Both the position numbers and the translations under genes were made by a program. From an archaeon (GTDB taxonomy: Archaea; Iainarchaeota; Iainarchaeia; Iainarchaeales; JANQMZ01), in the NCBI GenBank assembly GCA_028279805.1, contig JANQMZ010000007.1, forward strand, positions 90,001-122,000: DNA of 32,000 bases, read 5' to 3'. Position 1 is the stretch's first letter. Each line of letters begins with the position of its first letter. Positions 17,362 to 25,602 of this stretch are shown here, piece by piece. The notes beneath the pieces are model-generated. The model saw only the letters and a program-made list of their open reading frames with translations. It ran no database searches and was not told the origin of the DNA.

Positions 17362-18072
17362 ATGAATTTAAAAATAAAAAAAGCATTTGTTTTGGCCGGA
17401 GGATTTGGAACCCGTTTGGGAAAACTATCTGAAAAAAAGCCAAAGCTTTTGATGGAATTAAATCAAAAAACTGTTATTGAATGGAATATTTTAAATTTGC
17501 AAAAATTCGGAGTTAAAGAAATTGTTTTTGGATTGGGACATTTTTCTGATGTTGTTCAAAATTTTTTAGAATCAAATAATCCGGGTTTAAAATTTTTATA
17601 TGACGTTGAACCAGAGCCTTTGGGAACTGGCGGAGCATTAAAAAATGCTGAAAAATTTTTTAATGAAACTTTTATTTTTTGCAACGGGGATGAAGCAAAA
17701 AATATTGATTATTCTCTGGTTTCAAAAGTTCACAAAGAAAACAATGCGTTGGGTACACTGGCTTTGAAACATGTTGAAGATGTTGAAAATTTTGGAGCTG
17801 TTAAAATTGAAAATAATCAGATTTTGGAATTTTTTGAAAAACCTTCCCGTGAAAACGCCCCTTCAAACCTGGTTAATGCGGGTGCAAGCATTTTAGAGCC
17901 TGAAATTTTCAATTTAATGCAGCCAGACACCAAAATAAGCATTGAAAAAGATGTTTTTCCCCGAGTGGCAAAACAAGGCAGGCTTTTTGGAATTGAATTT
18001 CCAGGCCAATGGTTTCCGATTGATACTGAAGAAAAATTGTTAAAAGCTCAGAAAGAATGGCAGGGATTTTAA
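17362..18072 (+). CDS. sugar-phosphate nucleotidyltransferase (mannose-1-P guanylyltransferase / glucose-1-P NTP-transferase-like)
   Basis: AFVLAGGFGTRLGKLSEKKPK signature and a GDEA... central motif. 236 aa. Confidence 0.75.
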   Translation: MNLKIKKAFVLAGGFGTRLGKLSEKKPKLLMELNQKTVIEWNILNLQKFGVKEIVFGLGHFSDVVQNFLESNNPGLKFLYDVEPEPLGTGGALKNAEKFFNETFIFCNGDEAKNIDYSLVSKVHKENNALGTLALKHVEDVENFGAVKIENNQILEFFEKPSRENAPSNLVNAGASILEPEIFNLMQPDTKISIEKDVFPRVAKQGRLFGIEFPGQWFPIDTEEKLLKAQKEWQGF

Positions 18073-18569
18073 CTTAAAACAACAAAGCCGATTGTTATTG
18101 CTGTTACCAGTATTCCCGCTATTGTTACCCCGATTGCGTTTGCAATTGCAAATTTTTTTTCACCCATTCCCAGTAAATGTGCAGCTAATGCTCCCGTATA
18201 AGAACCTGAACCGGGTAAAGGAATTGCCACAAAAAAAGCTATTCCTATTATACCATATTTTTCAACTAACGGAAAAACTTTTTTCTGGGCAGCTTTCACT
18301 TCCATGTCATAAAACTTTTTTAACCATTTGAATTGCAAAAAGAAATTTAAAAAATGTTCAAGCATAAAAAAAACAACAGGTCCCAAAATCATGTTTGTCA
18401 AAACAGCTGTAAAAAAAACAGCTTCAATCGGCAAACCCATTCCACTGAATGTTCCAAGGAAAGGCAAATCAATTGTGTTTGTTAAAATTCCGGCGGGAAT
18501 GCTTAACCTTAGTTCCAATCCCGGCAGCAATGTTAAAAAAATTATCCACAAAAAATCCGTCAATTGCAT
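18069..18569 (-). CDS. small multi-drug-export-like membrane protein (COG2426-type)
   Basis: LPGLELRLSIPAGI N-terminal motif, 4-5 hydrophobic helices, 166 aa. Confidence 0.55.
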   Translation of the reverse strand: MQLTDFLWIIFLTLLPGLELRLSIPAGILTNTIDLPFLGTFSGMGLPIEAVFFTAVLTNMILGPVVFFMLEHFLNFFLQFKWLKKFYDMEVKAAQKKVFPLVEKYGIIGIAFFVAIPLPGSGSYTGALAAHLLGMGEKKFAIANAIGVTIAGILVTAITIGFVVLS

Positions 18570-18670
18570 TTTTTAACCCTTTATTCACAGATTAGTTTTA
18601 ATTGGCTTTAAAAAGATTTTCCTTTAAAATTGTAATAACTTTTTTGCTTTTTGCAATACTGAGGGGGAAA

Positions 18671-21490
18671 ATGGGGAAAGTTAGAGTTAGCAAAGCATTG
18701 CTGGTGTTTCTTGCTTTTTTTTTAATCATTTCCGGCGTTAATGCAACAATTACAACAAGTGTAACTGCACCGGAAGGGGAAGATCTGGGTTCAACTCATA
18801 CGTTTGAAATAAAGTTTAATGTTACTGACAGCCAGGGAACGCAGAATGTTTTTTCAAAAATTTCTTATTCTACAACAGCATCAGCTTTTGAAAATGACAT
18901 TACTTCCTCAGACCAAAATCTTGCTTCACCAACAGATGCAAATCTTTCCTGCACCAAAACTGGAAACAATTTTGACTGTTCTTACACATGGGGTTACCGT
19001 GCTTTAAGTGATGATGCTTATTTTATTGACATTAATTCTGCTTCAACTGACCTGAATTTTGATGCGGATTCATCCAGTCCAAGTTTTAATGTTGACCAAA
19101 CTGTGCCAACCGTTTCAATTTTATCACCCTCCGGTTCAGCTTTAACTGCAGACCCTCATGCCAATCTTAAATTTGATTTAAATGACACTACAACAAGCAT
19201 TGGCTCTGTTACTGTTAAAATTGATGCTGTTGAAAGCACTGATTTTTCTTTTCCAACAGACTGTACTCCGAGCACTTCAGGTGAAAAAAATTATACCTGC
19301 ACTTACACAGAATCACTTGTTAATACTTCAGGAACAGAATATACTTTGTTTGTTTCAGCAAAAGACGGTTCTTTAAATGAGGCAAGTGATTCCCAGACTT
19401 TTACTTACACTGATGAATTATCCCCGGCCAAGCCTGCAACTCCTTCATGCACTAAATCTGATGCAAAAAACACAGTCTCCTGGGCTAAAAGCTCTGAATC
19501 TGATTTAAAAGAGTATAATGTTGAAAGAAAAACAACAGGAGATTTTTCAAGTGTTAAAGTTGTCAGTGCAACAGGTTCGGAATGTTCCGGTTCTGATTGT
19601 TCCTGGGAAGATACCGGTGTGTCAAACGGAACAGCTTATACTTACAGAATAAAATCTGTTGATAAAAGCAGCAATTCAAGCACTGCAAGTGATGAATCAA
19701 ATTCTTGCACTCCCCAGTCTGATACTGACACAAGCCCTCCTTCAAAGCCGACCGATTTAACCATAACAGTTGAATCTGATGGTGATTTTAAAATTGAATG
19801 GGATGCTTCAACTGATGACGAGTCAGGCATCTCATCTTATCTTGTTTTTGAAGGAAAAGATTCAGGTTTTACTTTAGATGATGAAATTGCAGAAGTTTCG
19901 GGAACAAGTTTTACAAGAAAATCTTCAGATTTGGATGAAGGGGAAAAGTATTATTACGTTGTTAAGGCAAAAAACGGGGACGGATTATTGTCTGATGAAA
20001 GTGAGGAGGTTTCAGCGGATGCTGTTGAAGGAATAAAAATTTCAGTTGAAGCTCCAAAATATGCCACAACCAATTTGTTTAACATTAAAATAACAATTGT
20101 AAACGGTGAAATTGAAGATGGAAATGTTTTTGTCAGGAAAGCAGGTGAATCTTCTTATGAATTAATTGAATCGGATTTGTCTGGTTCAGATTTTCTGGTT
20201 CCCTTTTCTTTTTCAGCAGGCGAAGATGGTGCTTCAACAATCAGGTTTGAGGCAGTAACAGATGATGGTGAAACATTTCTGGAATCTGAAAGAGTTAATG
20301 TTGACACTGTAGTTCCGGAGTCTGAGTTTCTTGCTCCTTTAAATAATTCAGTGTTAAAAGGAAATGTTTCTTTAAAAGCAAAAGCAATTGATGACGGGCT
20401 TGGAATTGATTTTGTAAGATTTTCATACGGTGATTTAACAAAACAGTTTGATGTAACAGAATCCGATGATGATGAGTTTTCATATGACTGGGATACTACA
20501 ACTGTTGCTGACGGAGACTATGAATTAACTGCCACAGCTTTTGATTTAGCCGGAAACACTGTTAAAACCACTTTAAACGTGGTTGTTGAAAATGCTTCTC
20601 CTGAACAAAAAGCTGCAACCCGTGAAAAAAACAAAGTTGATTTAACTGAAGAAATGTTTAACGATTTGGGTATTCCTCTTCCTGAAGATTTTATTGAACT
20701 TAAAGAAAATGCAAATGATGAATTTTTTAATGAAAACTGGAACAAATCTGAAAACCTGTATAAAGATTTAACCAAAAAATTCAATGTTTCAGAACATGAT
20801 TCAGCAAAATTTGAATTTGATGAATCTGATTTGAAAAACATGCTTGAAAAAGTGTTATTGTCATCAGATTTGATTGATGAAACTGAAACTTTAACAAAAG
20901 GAAACAATGTTGAAAGAGAATTTGTTTTGTTTAAAGTTGAAGAAAACGGGCAAATTTTTTACAAACTTGCTGTCAGAATTACGATCAAAAATGAGGGTTT
21001 GTTCAGAAACTTAAAAATTGTTGAAATTGTTCCAAAAGAAATTATAAGAAAAACAAATGATTTGTTTTCACCGAACAATTTTGATGTGATTATGGATGAC
21101 CCTGTTGTTGAATTCACTGAAGCATTTGAAACAGGGGAAGAAAAAACAATAATGTATTCATTAACCTCAGATCTGGACAGTTTTTCAGCGGGAAATCTTC
21201 TGCAAACAGCTAAAACAGCTTATTTGTCCCCTCCTCTGATTTTTTCAGAGGATGCTTCTTTTGATGATGAAGATTTTGCCGTGCAGCAATTTTTTGACCA
21301 GGCACTATTTTTCTGGGGAGTTATTGCGGTAATAATTTTATTAATACTGGCAGCATTAGTGTTTTATTTTACAAGAAATTCAGGCGGAATGTTGAAAGGA
21401 AATCCTCTGGAAAGTTTTCTGGATAAAGTTCATGAACTAAGAAAAGGAAAAGGTTCAGGTAATGACAACAAATGGTCATACCGTGACTGA
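18671..21490 (+). CDS. large type I membrane surface protein (signal peptide, Ig-like and two FN3 domains, CARDB-like domain, C-terminal TM plus cytoplasmic tail); candidate adhesin or S-layer-associated protein
   Basis: MGKVRVSKALLVFLAFFLIISGVNA signal peptide after a GAGGGGG SD (18661-18667). FN3-like segments at about 19424-19711 and 19733-20017 (W..D....G..Y.Y.(I/V)K..). Ig-like W.T...DG.Y.L.A.A.D.AGN motif. TM helix encoded at about 21308-21370. Confidence 0.8.
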   Translation: MGKVRVSKALLVFLAFFLIISGVNATITTSVTAPEGEDLGSTHTFEIKFNVTDSQGTQNVFSKISYSTTASAFENDITSSDQNLASPTDANLSCTKTGNNFDCSYTWGYRALSDDAYFIDINSASTDLNFDADSSSPSFNVDQTVPTVSILSPSGSALTADPHANLKFDLNDTTTSIGSVTVKIDAVESTDFSFPTDCTPSTSGEKNYTCTYTESLVNTSGTEYTLFVSAKDGSLNEASDSQTFTYTDELSPAKPATPSCTKSDAKNTVSWAKSSESDLKEYNVERKTTGDFSSVKVVSATGSECSGSDCSWEDTGVSNGTAYTYRIKSVDKSSNSSTASDESNSCTPQSDTDTSPPSKPTDLTITVESDGDFKIEWDASTDDESGISSYLVFEGKDSGFTLDDEIAEVSGTSFTRKSSDLDEGEKYYYVVKAKNGDGLLSDESEEVSADAVEGIKISVEAPKYATTNLFNIKITIVNGEIEDGNVFVRKAGESSYELIESDLSGSDFLVPFSFSAGEDGASTIRFEAVTDDGETFLESERVNVDTVVPESEFLAPLNNSVLKGNVSLKAKAIDDGLGIDFVRFSYGDLTKQFDVTESDDDEFSYDWDTTTVADGDYELTATAFDLAGNTVKTTLNVVVENASPEQKAATREKNKVDLTEEMFNDLGIPLPEDFIELKENANDEFFNENWNKSENLYKDLTKKFNVSEHDSAKFEFDESDLKNMLEKVLLSSDLIDETETLTKGNNVEREFVLFKVEENGQIFYKLAVRITIKNEGLFRNLKIVEIVPKEIIRKTNDLFSPNNFDVIMDDPVVEFTEAFETGEEKTIMYSLTSDLDSFSAGNLLQTAKTAYLSPPLIFSEDASFDDEDFAVQQFFDQALFFWGVIAVIILLILAALVFYFTRNSGGMLKGNPLESFLDKVHELRKGKGSGNDNKWSYRD

Positions 21491-21497
21491 TTTTTTT
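21491..21497 (+). terminator. oligo-T tract (T7) immediately after the surface-protein stop codon
   Basis: TGA followed directly by TTTTTTT. Archaeal RNA polymerase terminates at oligo-T runs (established knowledge). Confidence 0.4.
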
Positions 21498-21807
21498 ATT
21501 CAAAAGGATTAATTTTAACAAAATTTTTTACTGTTTTTCTTTTTTTTAAATAAAAACCCAAACCAAACAAAATTATAATCAGGGTTGTTGCCAGAACGCT
21601 TGTTAAATTTATTGCAATTCCAATTACCTGATTTTCAATTAATAAAAGCAAAGGCAGAAATGTTATTGAAAGCAATACAGATAAAATAAATCTTTCCAGT
21701 TTGCTTTTATTGTTTTCAGTAAAAAAAGCCAGTGTTAAAAAATATCCGGGAACCGTTAAAAAAATCAGCCCCAAAGCATAACCTGGCAGAACATCAAAAA
21801 TTGTCAT
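21496..21807 (-). CDS. hypothetical small membrane protein (3 predicted TM helices)
   Basis: 103-aa ORF with three long hydrophobic stretches and a basic C-terminus. No recognisable family. Confidence 0.5.
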   Translation of the reverse strand: MTIFDVLPGYALGLIFLTVPGYFLTLAFFTENNKSKLERFILSVLLSITFLPLLLLIENQVIGIAINLTSVLATTLIIILFGLGFYLKKRKTVKNFVKINPFE

Positions 21808-21871
21808 TTAAACCGCTTTACAACATGAGTTTGCACTAATTTTTATTACTTTTCATTAATAAAAAAATAAC

Positions 21872-23014
21872 ATGAATAATACTCTTATTGTGGGAGGAGG
21901 CCCTATTGGCTTAAATCTTGCAGCCCGGATAGCGTCAGAGGGCTGGCAGGCAGATGTTCTGGAAGAACATCCGCAAATAGGAAAACCGGTTCATTGTTCA
22001 GGCTTAATTTCAGCATCAGGCTGTGAAGAATTAAACCTGAATGTTTCAGACATTTTGTTAAATGAAATAAAAGGTGCAAGAATTTATTCCCCTGAAAACA
22101 AAGTAATTGAGGTTAGAAGAAAAAAAACAGTTGCAAACCTTGTTGACAGGGCATTGTTTGACAAAATGTTTTATGAAAAAGCAAAAAAAGCAGGAGCCAA
22201 AATTCATTTACGTTCAAAACTGATTAATGTTAAAAATAATACCGTGTTTTTTCAGAAAAAAAAACGCGGAGAAATAAAAAAAGCACAATATGTTGTTGGT
22301 GCAGACGGAGTTCAGTCAAAAATCCGTGATCTGATGGGCATTAACATTGATAAAAACCTGTTTGTTCATGCTTATCAGGAACATGTTGAGGGTTATTTTG
22401 AAAAAGACATGGTTGAAGTGCATTTCGGAAAATTTGCTCCGGGCTATTTTGGCTGGATTATTCCAAAAAATGAGTCAACAGCTGAGGTCGGGCTTGCTGT
22501 TACTCTGGGTTCAATGAATCCTGCTGAGGCTTTTAAAAAATTTGTTGAAGAAAAAAAACTTGGCATTAAAACAGTTTCAAAGGATTCGGCATTAATTCCA
22601 TGCGGTCCTCCTTTGAAAACAATTATGGAAAATAACATGTTTTTGGTTGGAGATGCAGGTTTTCAGACAAAAGCCACAAGCGGCGGAGGCTTAATGCTGG
22701 GATTGCAGTCTTCAAATGTTTTAGCTGACACTATTTTGAATAACATTAAGTCAAAAACTTCTCTTGACAAATATGCTTTGAACATGAATAAAATTAACAA
22801 AGAATTAATGATGCATTGGAAAATTTATTCATATTATCAAAGCCTTTCCGAAAAAGCTTTAAACAAACTTTTTGTTCAGGCTCAAAATGCGGGAATAGAA
22901 CAATTTTTGGAAGAATTTGGGGACATGGACAAGCCTTCAAGATTTATAGGAAAAATTTTAAAAAAACCAAAAATGTGGAGCCTTGTTCCAATGGCTTTGA
23001 AAATTTTACGCTGA
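21872..23014 (+). CDS. geranylgeranyl reductase family FAD-dependent oxidoreductase
   Basis: LIVGGGPIGLNLAARIA dinucleotide-binding motif, PVHCSGLIS, VVGADGVQSKIR and LVGDAGFQTKATSGGG motifs typical of GGR-family enzymes. Confidence 0.75.
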   Translation: MNNTLIVGGGPIGLNLAARIASEGWQADVLEEHPQIGKPVHCSGLISASGCEELNLNVSDILLNEIKGARIYSPENKVIEVRRKKTVANLVDRALFDKMFYEKAKKAGAKIHLRSKLINVKNNTVFFQKKKRGEIKKAQYVVGADGVQSKIRDLMGINIDKNLFVHAYQEHVEGYFEKDMVEVHFGKFAPGYFGWIIPKNESTAEVGLAVTLGSMNPAEAFKKFVEEKKLGIKTVSKDSALIPCGPPLKTIMENNMFLVGDAGFQTKATSGGGLMLGLQSSNVLADTILNNIKSKTSLDKYALNMNKINKELMMHWKIYSYYQSLSEKALNKLFVQAQNAGIEQFLEEFGDMDKPSRFIGKILKKPKMWSLVPMALKILR

Positions 23015-23024
23015 TTTTTTTTTT
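23015..23024 (+). terminator. oligo-T tract (T10) after the GGR stop codon
   Basis: TGA followed directly by ten T residues. Confidence 0.4.
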
Positions 23025-23027
23025 AAA

Positions 23028-23100
23028 TAGCTCCGGGGAGATTCGAACTCCCGTCACAAGGTTCAGAGCCTTGTATGCTTGGCCACTACACTACGGAGCT
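23028..23100 (-). tRNA. tRNA-Gln (anticodon CUG), no encoded CCA, no intron
   Basis: Minus strand reads AGCTCCG TA GTGTAGTGGCCAAGCATA CAAGG CTCTGAA CCTTG TGAC GGGAG TTCGAAT CTCCC CGGAGCT A. It has a 7-bp acceptor stem, 5-bp anticodon stem, CUG anticodon flanked by U33/A37, a 5-bp T stem with a TTCGAAT loop, and discriminator A. Confidence 0.9.
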
Positions 23101-23121
23101 AAAAAAACAGTTTTTTTTGGG

Positions 23122-23817
23122 TTATTTCCCGAATTTGCGTTTTATTTGATTGTAATCTGTTATTGCTTTGTCCAAATCTTTTCTTGTAAATTCAGGCCAA
23201 TATTTTGGCAAAAAATATAATTCTGAATAAGAAGACTGGTAAGTCATAAAACCTGACAACCGGTTTGTTCCCGATGTGCGCAAAATCAAATCCGGTGCTG
23301 TGGAACTGAAAAGATATTCTGTAAAAGTATTTTCATTTATTTTGTTCAAATCAATTTTTTTGTTTTCAAAATCAAGTGCAAGTTTTTTTGCAGCTTCAAC
23401 AATTTCATTCTGGCCATCATACCCAACAGCCAGATTAACTGTTTTGTTTTTATAATTTTCAGTCAGAGATTCAATTTCATTCATTTTTTTGACAATTTTT
23501 TCAGGCAACAATTCCAAATTTCCGAAAAATTTTAATTTAACTTCATTATTGTGAATAAAAGAATCAGTTTTTGCTTTTTCGAGTTCTTTTTCAAAAATTT
23601 TAAACAAAAATTTTAATTCAACCTGTTTTCTTTTAAGATTTTTTAAAGACAATGTGTAAAAAGTGCCTGTTTTTATTTTTTTATAGTCAATTAACCACTC
23701 CATTACTTCCCTTGCTTTTTGTGTTCCAAGATTGTAAGATTGTGCCAGTGTTATTCCGGCACGCTGTGAATATCTCCGATTTCCATCCGGAATAAAAGCA
23801 ATTGAATTAAGAGCCAT
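23122..23817 (-). CDS. uppS: cis-prenyltransferase (undecaprenyl/di-trans,poly-cis-polyprenyl diphosphate synthase family)
   Basis: IAFIPDGNRRYS motif near the N-terminus, DLILRTSGTNRLSGF and YSELYF motifs near the C-terminus. ATG at 23817 (the ORF track begins one codon earlier at a TTG). Confidence 0.85.
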   Translation of the reverse strand: MALNSIAFIPDGNRRYSQRAGITLAQSYNLGTQKAREVMEWLIDYKKIKTGTFYTLSLKNLKRKQVELKFLFKIFEKELEKAKTDSFIHNNEVKLKFFGNLELLPEKIVKKMNEIESLTENYKNKTVNLAVGYDGQNEIVEAAKKLALDFENKKIDLNKINENTFTEYLFSSTAPDLILRTSGTNRLSGFMTYQSSYSELYFLPKYWPEFTRKDLDKAITDYNQIKRKFGK

Positions 23818-23954
23818 CAATTATCACAAGCCTGTTTTATAATCAAAGCTGATTTAAAGCTGAAAATGATTAAAAAGCTTTTTCTCATGCTTTAAAACCA
23901 TAAATGCTTATATACTTCCCAAGGGTTAATATATTGATTTTTTCAGGGGTTCAG

Positions 23955-24161
23955 ATGAAAGAATATCAGAAAAAAAAAATTAAAGAGCTTGTTCAAAGTC
24001 TTGAAAAAGACATGAAGGAAATTAACAAAATGAAACAAGGCTTTTCATCTGAAAAATCTAATTTTTCATCGCCCCAGAAAACACAAAAAGTGCTTGAAGA
24101 AATAGTTGTCCCTCCGCTGGAAATTTTATCTGAAAAGCCTGTTAAAAAGAAAAAGAGCTGA
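23955..24161 (+). CDS. hypothetical small lysine-rich protein (68 aa)
   Basis: ATG preceded by AGGGG 5-6 nt upstream. Predicted coiled/charged sequence ending KPVKKKKS. No family recognised. Could be non-coding. Confidence 0.3.
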   Translation: MKEYQKKKIKELVQSLEKDMKEINKMKQGFSSEKSNFSSPQKTQKVLEEIVVPPLEILSEKPVKKKKS

Positions 24162-24165
24162 TTTT

Positions 24166-24510
24166 TTGCTTTACAATGTAACGCAAAAAAAGAAAATTAT
24201 TGGCAAAACCAAAATTGCAGAAACACTTTTTTCAAAAGCACTTGGCTTAATGTTTTATCCGAAAAGGCACGATTTTGCATTAATTTTTACTTTTTTTACA
24301 GAAAGCAGAATTTTGACAACAGTGCACATGCTTTTTGTTTTTTTTCCCCTAGACGTTTTGTTTTTAAATTCTGAAAAAAAAGTTGTGGATAAAAAAACGC
24401 TAAAGCCTTTTACCTTATCCTATTCTCCCAAAAAAGCTGCAAAATATTTTATTGAATTGCCTGAAAAAAAAGCTTCAGGTGTAAAAATAGGTGACAAATT
24501 AAAATGGTGA
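24166..24510 (+). CDS. DUF192 family protein
   Basis: A.T...KALGLMF...FALIF......HM..V.FPLDVLFL..E.KVV pattern matches DUF192 (COG1430). No in-frame ATG. Candidate starts are TTG 24166 (preferred) or TTG 24106 (ORF track). Confidence 0.6.
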   Translation: MLYNVTQKKKIIGKTKIAETLFSKALGLMFYPKRHDFALIFTFFTESRILTTVHMLFVFFPLDVLFLNSEKKVVDKKTLKPFTLSYSPKKAAKYFIELPEKKASGVKIGDKLKW

Positions 24511-24521
24511 TAAAAATTAGA

Positions 24522-24541
24522 GAGGCTTCACTTGAAGCCTC
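24522..24541. terminator. perfect 8-bp stem / 4-nt loop hairpin flanked by A5 and T5, candidate bidirectional terminator
   Basis: taAAAAAttagaGAGGCTTCacttGAAGCCTCctttgccTTTTTgcc, located between the convergent DUF192 and ogt genes. Confidence 0.45.
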
Positions 24542-24684
24542 CTTTGCCTTTTTGCCTTCTATGTAGAGAAAAATCGGGGATGATATTTACTCTGTATAAA
24601 CTTCCCTTTTTAACTATTTATAAATAAAGAGTTAGAAAAACAAATTTTTAAATGATAAATTATTAGTTTTTCTGACTTTGTTTT

Positions 24685-25026
24685 TTAAACAAGTTTTGTT
24701 GCTGTAATAACATGTTTTTCAAATTCTGTTATTCTGCCTTTTTCAAAATTTAATCCTTCTTCTTTTAACATTTTTTGCTTTTTTTTGGTTCCAAATGCAA
24801 ATCCGCCTGTTTTCCCTGAAGTTTTTACAACCCGGTGGCATGGCACTTCAGGCATTCCCGGGCTTTTGTTTAAGGCATTTCCCACAGCTCTTGCTTTTTT
24901 TTCAGAACCGCATGCTTTTGCTATCTCCTTATATGTTGAAATTTTTCCTTTTGGAATTTGTTTTGTGTAAAACCAGACTTTTTGGTTAAAACTATTCGTA
25001 TAATTTTTTTGATTCAATATATTCAC
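24685..25026 (-). CDS. ogt: methylated-DNA-protein-cysteine methyltransferase, single (C-terminal DNA-binding/active-site) domain
   Basis: IPKGKISTYKEIA...VPCHRVV active-site motif with the Cys retained. Only 113 aa, with no N-terminal domain. GTG 25026 or TTG 25017 start, overlapping the nadD 3' end. Confidence 0.8.
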   Translation of the reverse strand: MNILNQKNYTNSFNQKVWFYTKQIPKGKISTYKEIAKACGSEKKARAVGNALNKSPGMPEVPCHRVVKTSGKTGGFAFGTKKKQKMLKEEGLNFEKGRITEFEKHVITATKLV

Positions 25027-25594
25027 GCACTTTTTCAGGAACCAAAACTTCGATTCCCTGTTTTTCTTTTGAACGTTTTCTCACTTCACTTGACGAAATG
25101 TTTGTAACAATTGATGCATCAATAACAACAGCATTGTTTTTTTTAACCCATTTGTGTTTTAACAATTTTTCTTTTTTGTCGCCTGACATAGGAACAACAA
25201 TAAACTGAATTTGTTTGACAAGTTCCTCAATGTTTTTCCATTTGTCAAGCTCATCCAAAAGCTTTGAGCCTATAATCCATTTAAAAGTGTGCTGAGGATA
25301 AATCTGTTTTAATGCTTTTACTGTGTCAATTGTATAAGTTTTTTCTGAAACACCTTGATTTTTTTTGATTTCAAAATCTGACACTTCAATATTTTCAAAA
25401 TTTTTTTCAACAAATTTTAACAGTTTCATTCTGTATTCAATCGGAGCTGCAAGTTCTTTTGGCTTTAAAGCATGGATATAGCAGGGCATGAGCCATATTT
25501 TTTCACAATCTGTTTTTTTTAAAACTTCTTCAGCTGCAATCAAATGCCCCAAATGAACAGGGTTAAAAGAGCCTCCTAAAATTCCTATAATCAT
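24992..25594 (-). CDS. nadD: nicotinate/nicotinamide-nucleotide adenylyltransferase, NadD (bacterial) type
   Basis: IGILGGSFNPVHLGHL (HxGH motif) and a C-terminal ISSSEVR (SxxxxR) motif. AGGTG SD 5 nt upstream of the ATG. Confidence 0.85.
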   Translation of the reverse strand: MIIGILGGSFNPVHLGHLIAAEEVLKKTDCEKIWLMPCYIHALKPKELAAPIEYRMKLLKFVEKNFENIEVSDFEIKKNQGVSEKTYTIDTVKALKQIYPQHTFKWIIGSKLLDELDKWKNIEELVKQIQFIVVPMSGDKKEKLLKHKWVKKNNAVVIDASIVTNISSSEVRKRSKEKQGIEVLVPEKVREYIESKKLYE

Positions 25595-25602
25595 TTCAAC
25601 AC

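Noticed and set aside
18602-18670. Upstream TTG start (ORF track) that adds a second hydrophobic segment (FKIVITFLLFAIL) to the large surface protein.
   Set aside because: It would leave only 32 nt for the divergent promoter. ATG 18671 has a GAGGGGG SD and yields a textbook signal peptide. The extension is more likely untranslated leader or promoter sequence.
23028-23100. tRNA-Gln as a possible integration site for a mobile element or genomic island.
   Set aside because: There is no integrase, no direct repeat of the tRNA 3' end and no compositional break on either side. The flanking genes are housekeeping isoprenoid enzymes.
22816-23220. 134-aa + strand ORF spanning the GGR 3' end, the tRNA-Gln gene and the uppS 3' end.
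   Set aside because: It reads through a bona fide tRNA gene and two real CDS ends in wrong frames, so it is an artefact.
23957-23970. Long homopolymer runs (A9-A10/T9-T11) inside or next to coding regions, e.g. 23960s, 13601-13611, 9889-9897 and 23015-23024, as possible phase-variation switches.
   Set aside because: They are ubiquitous here. AAA-Lys codon runs and oligo-T terminators in an AT-rich genome account for them. There is no frameshifted gene copy or on/off architecture to support slippage control.
24640-24675. Possible C/D-box sRNA (aATGATAa ... CTGA) in the DUF192/ogt convergent spacer, together with GGATGATA at about 24576.
   Set aside because: The C-box match is imperfect (ATGATA, not TGATGA). 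The C-to-D spacing is only about 14 nt, and there are no C'/D' boxes or terminal stem. This is indistinguishable from chance in AT-rich sequence.
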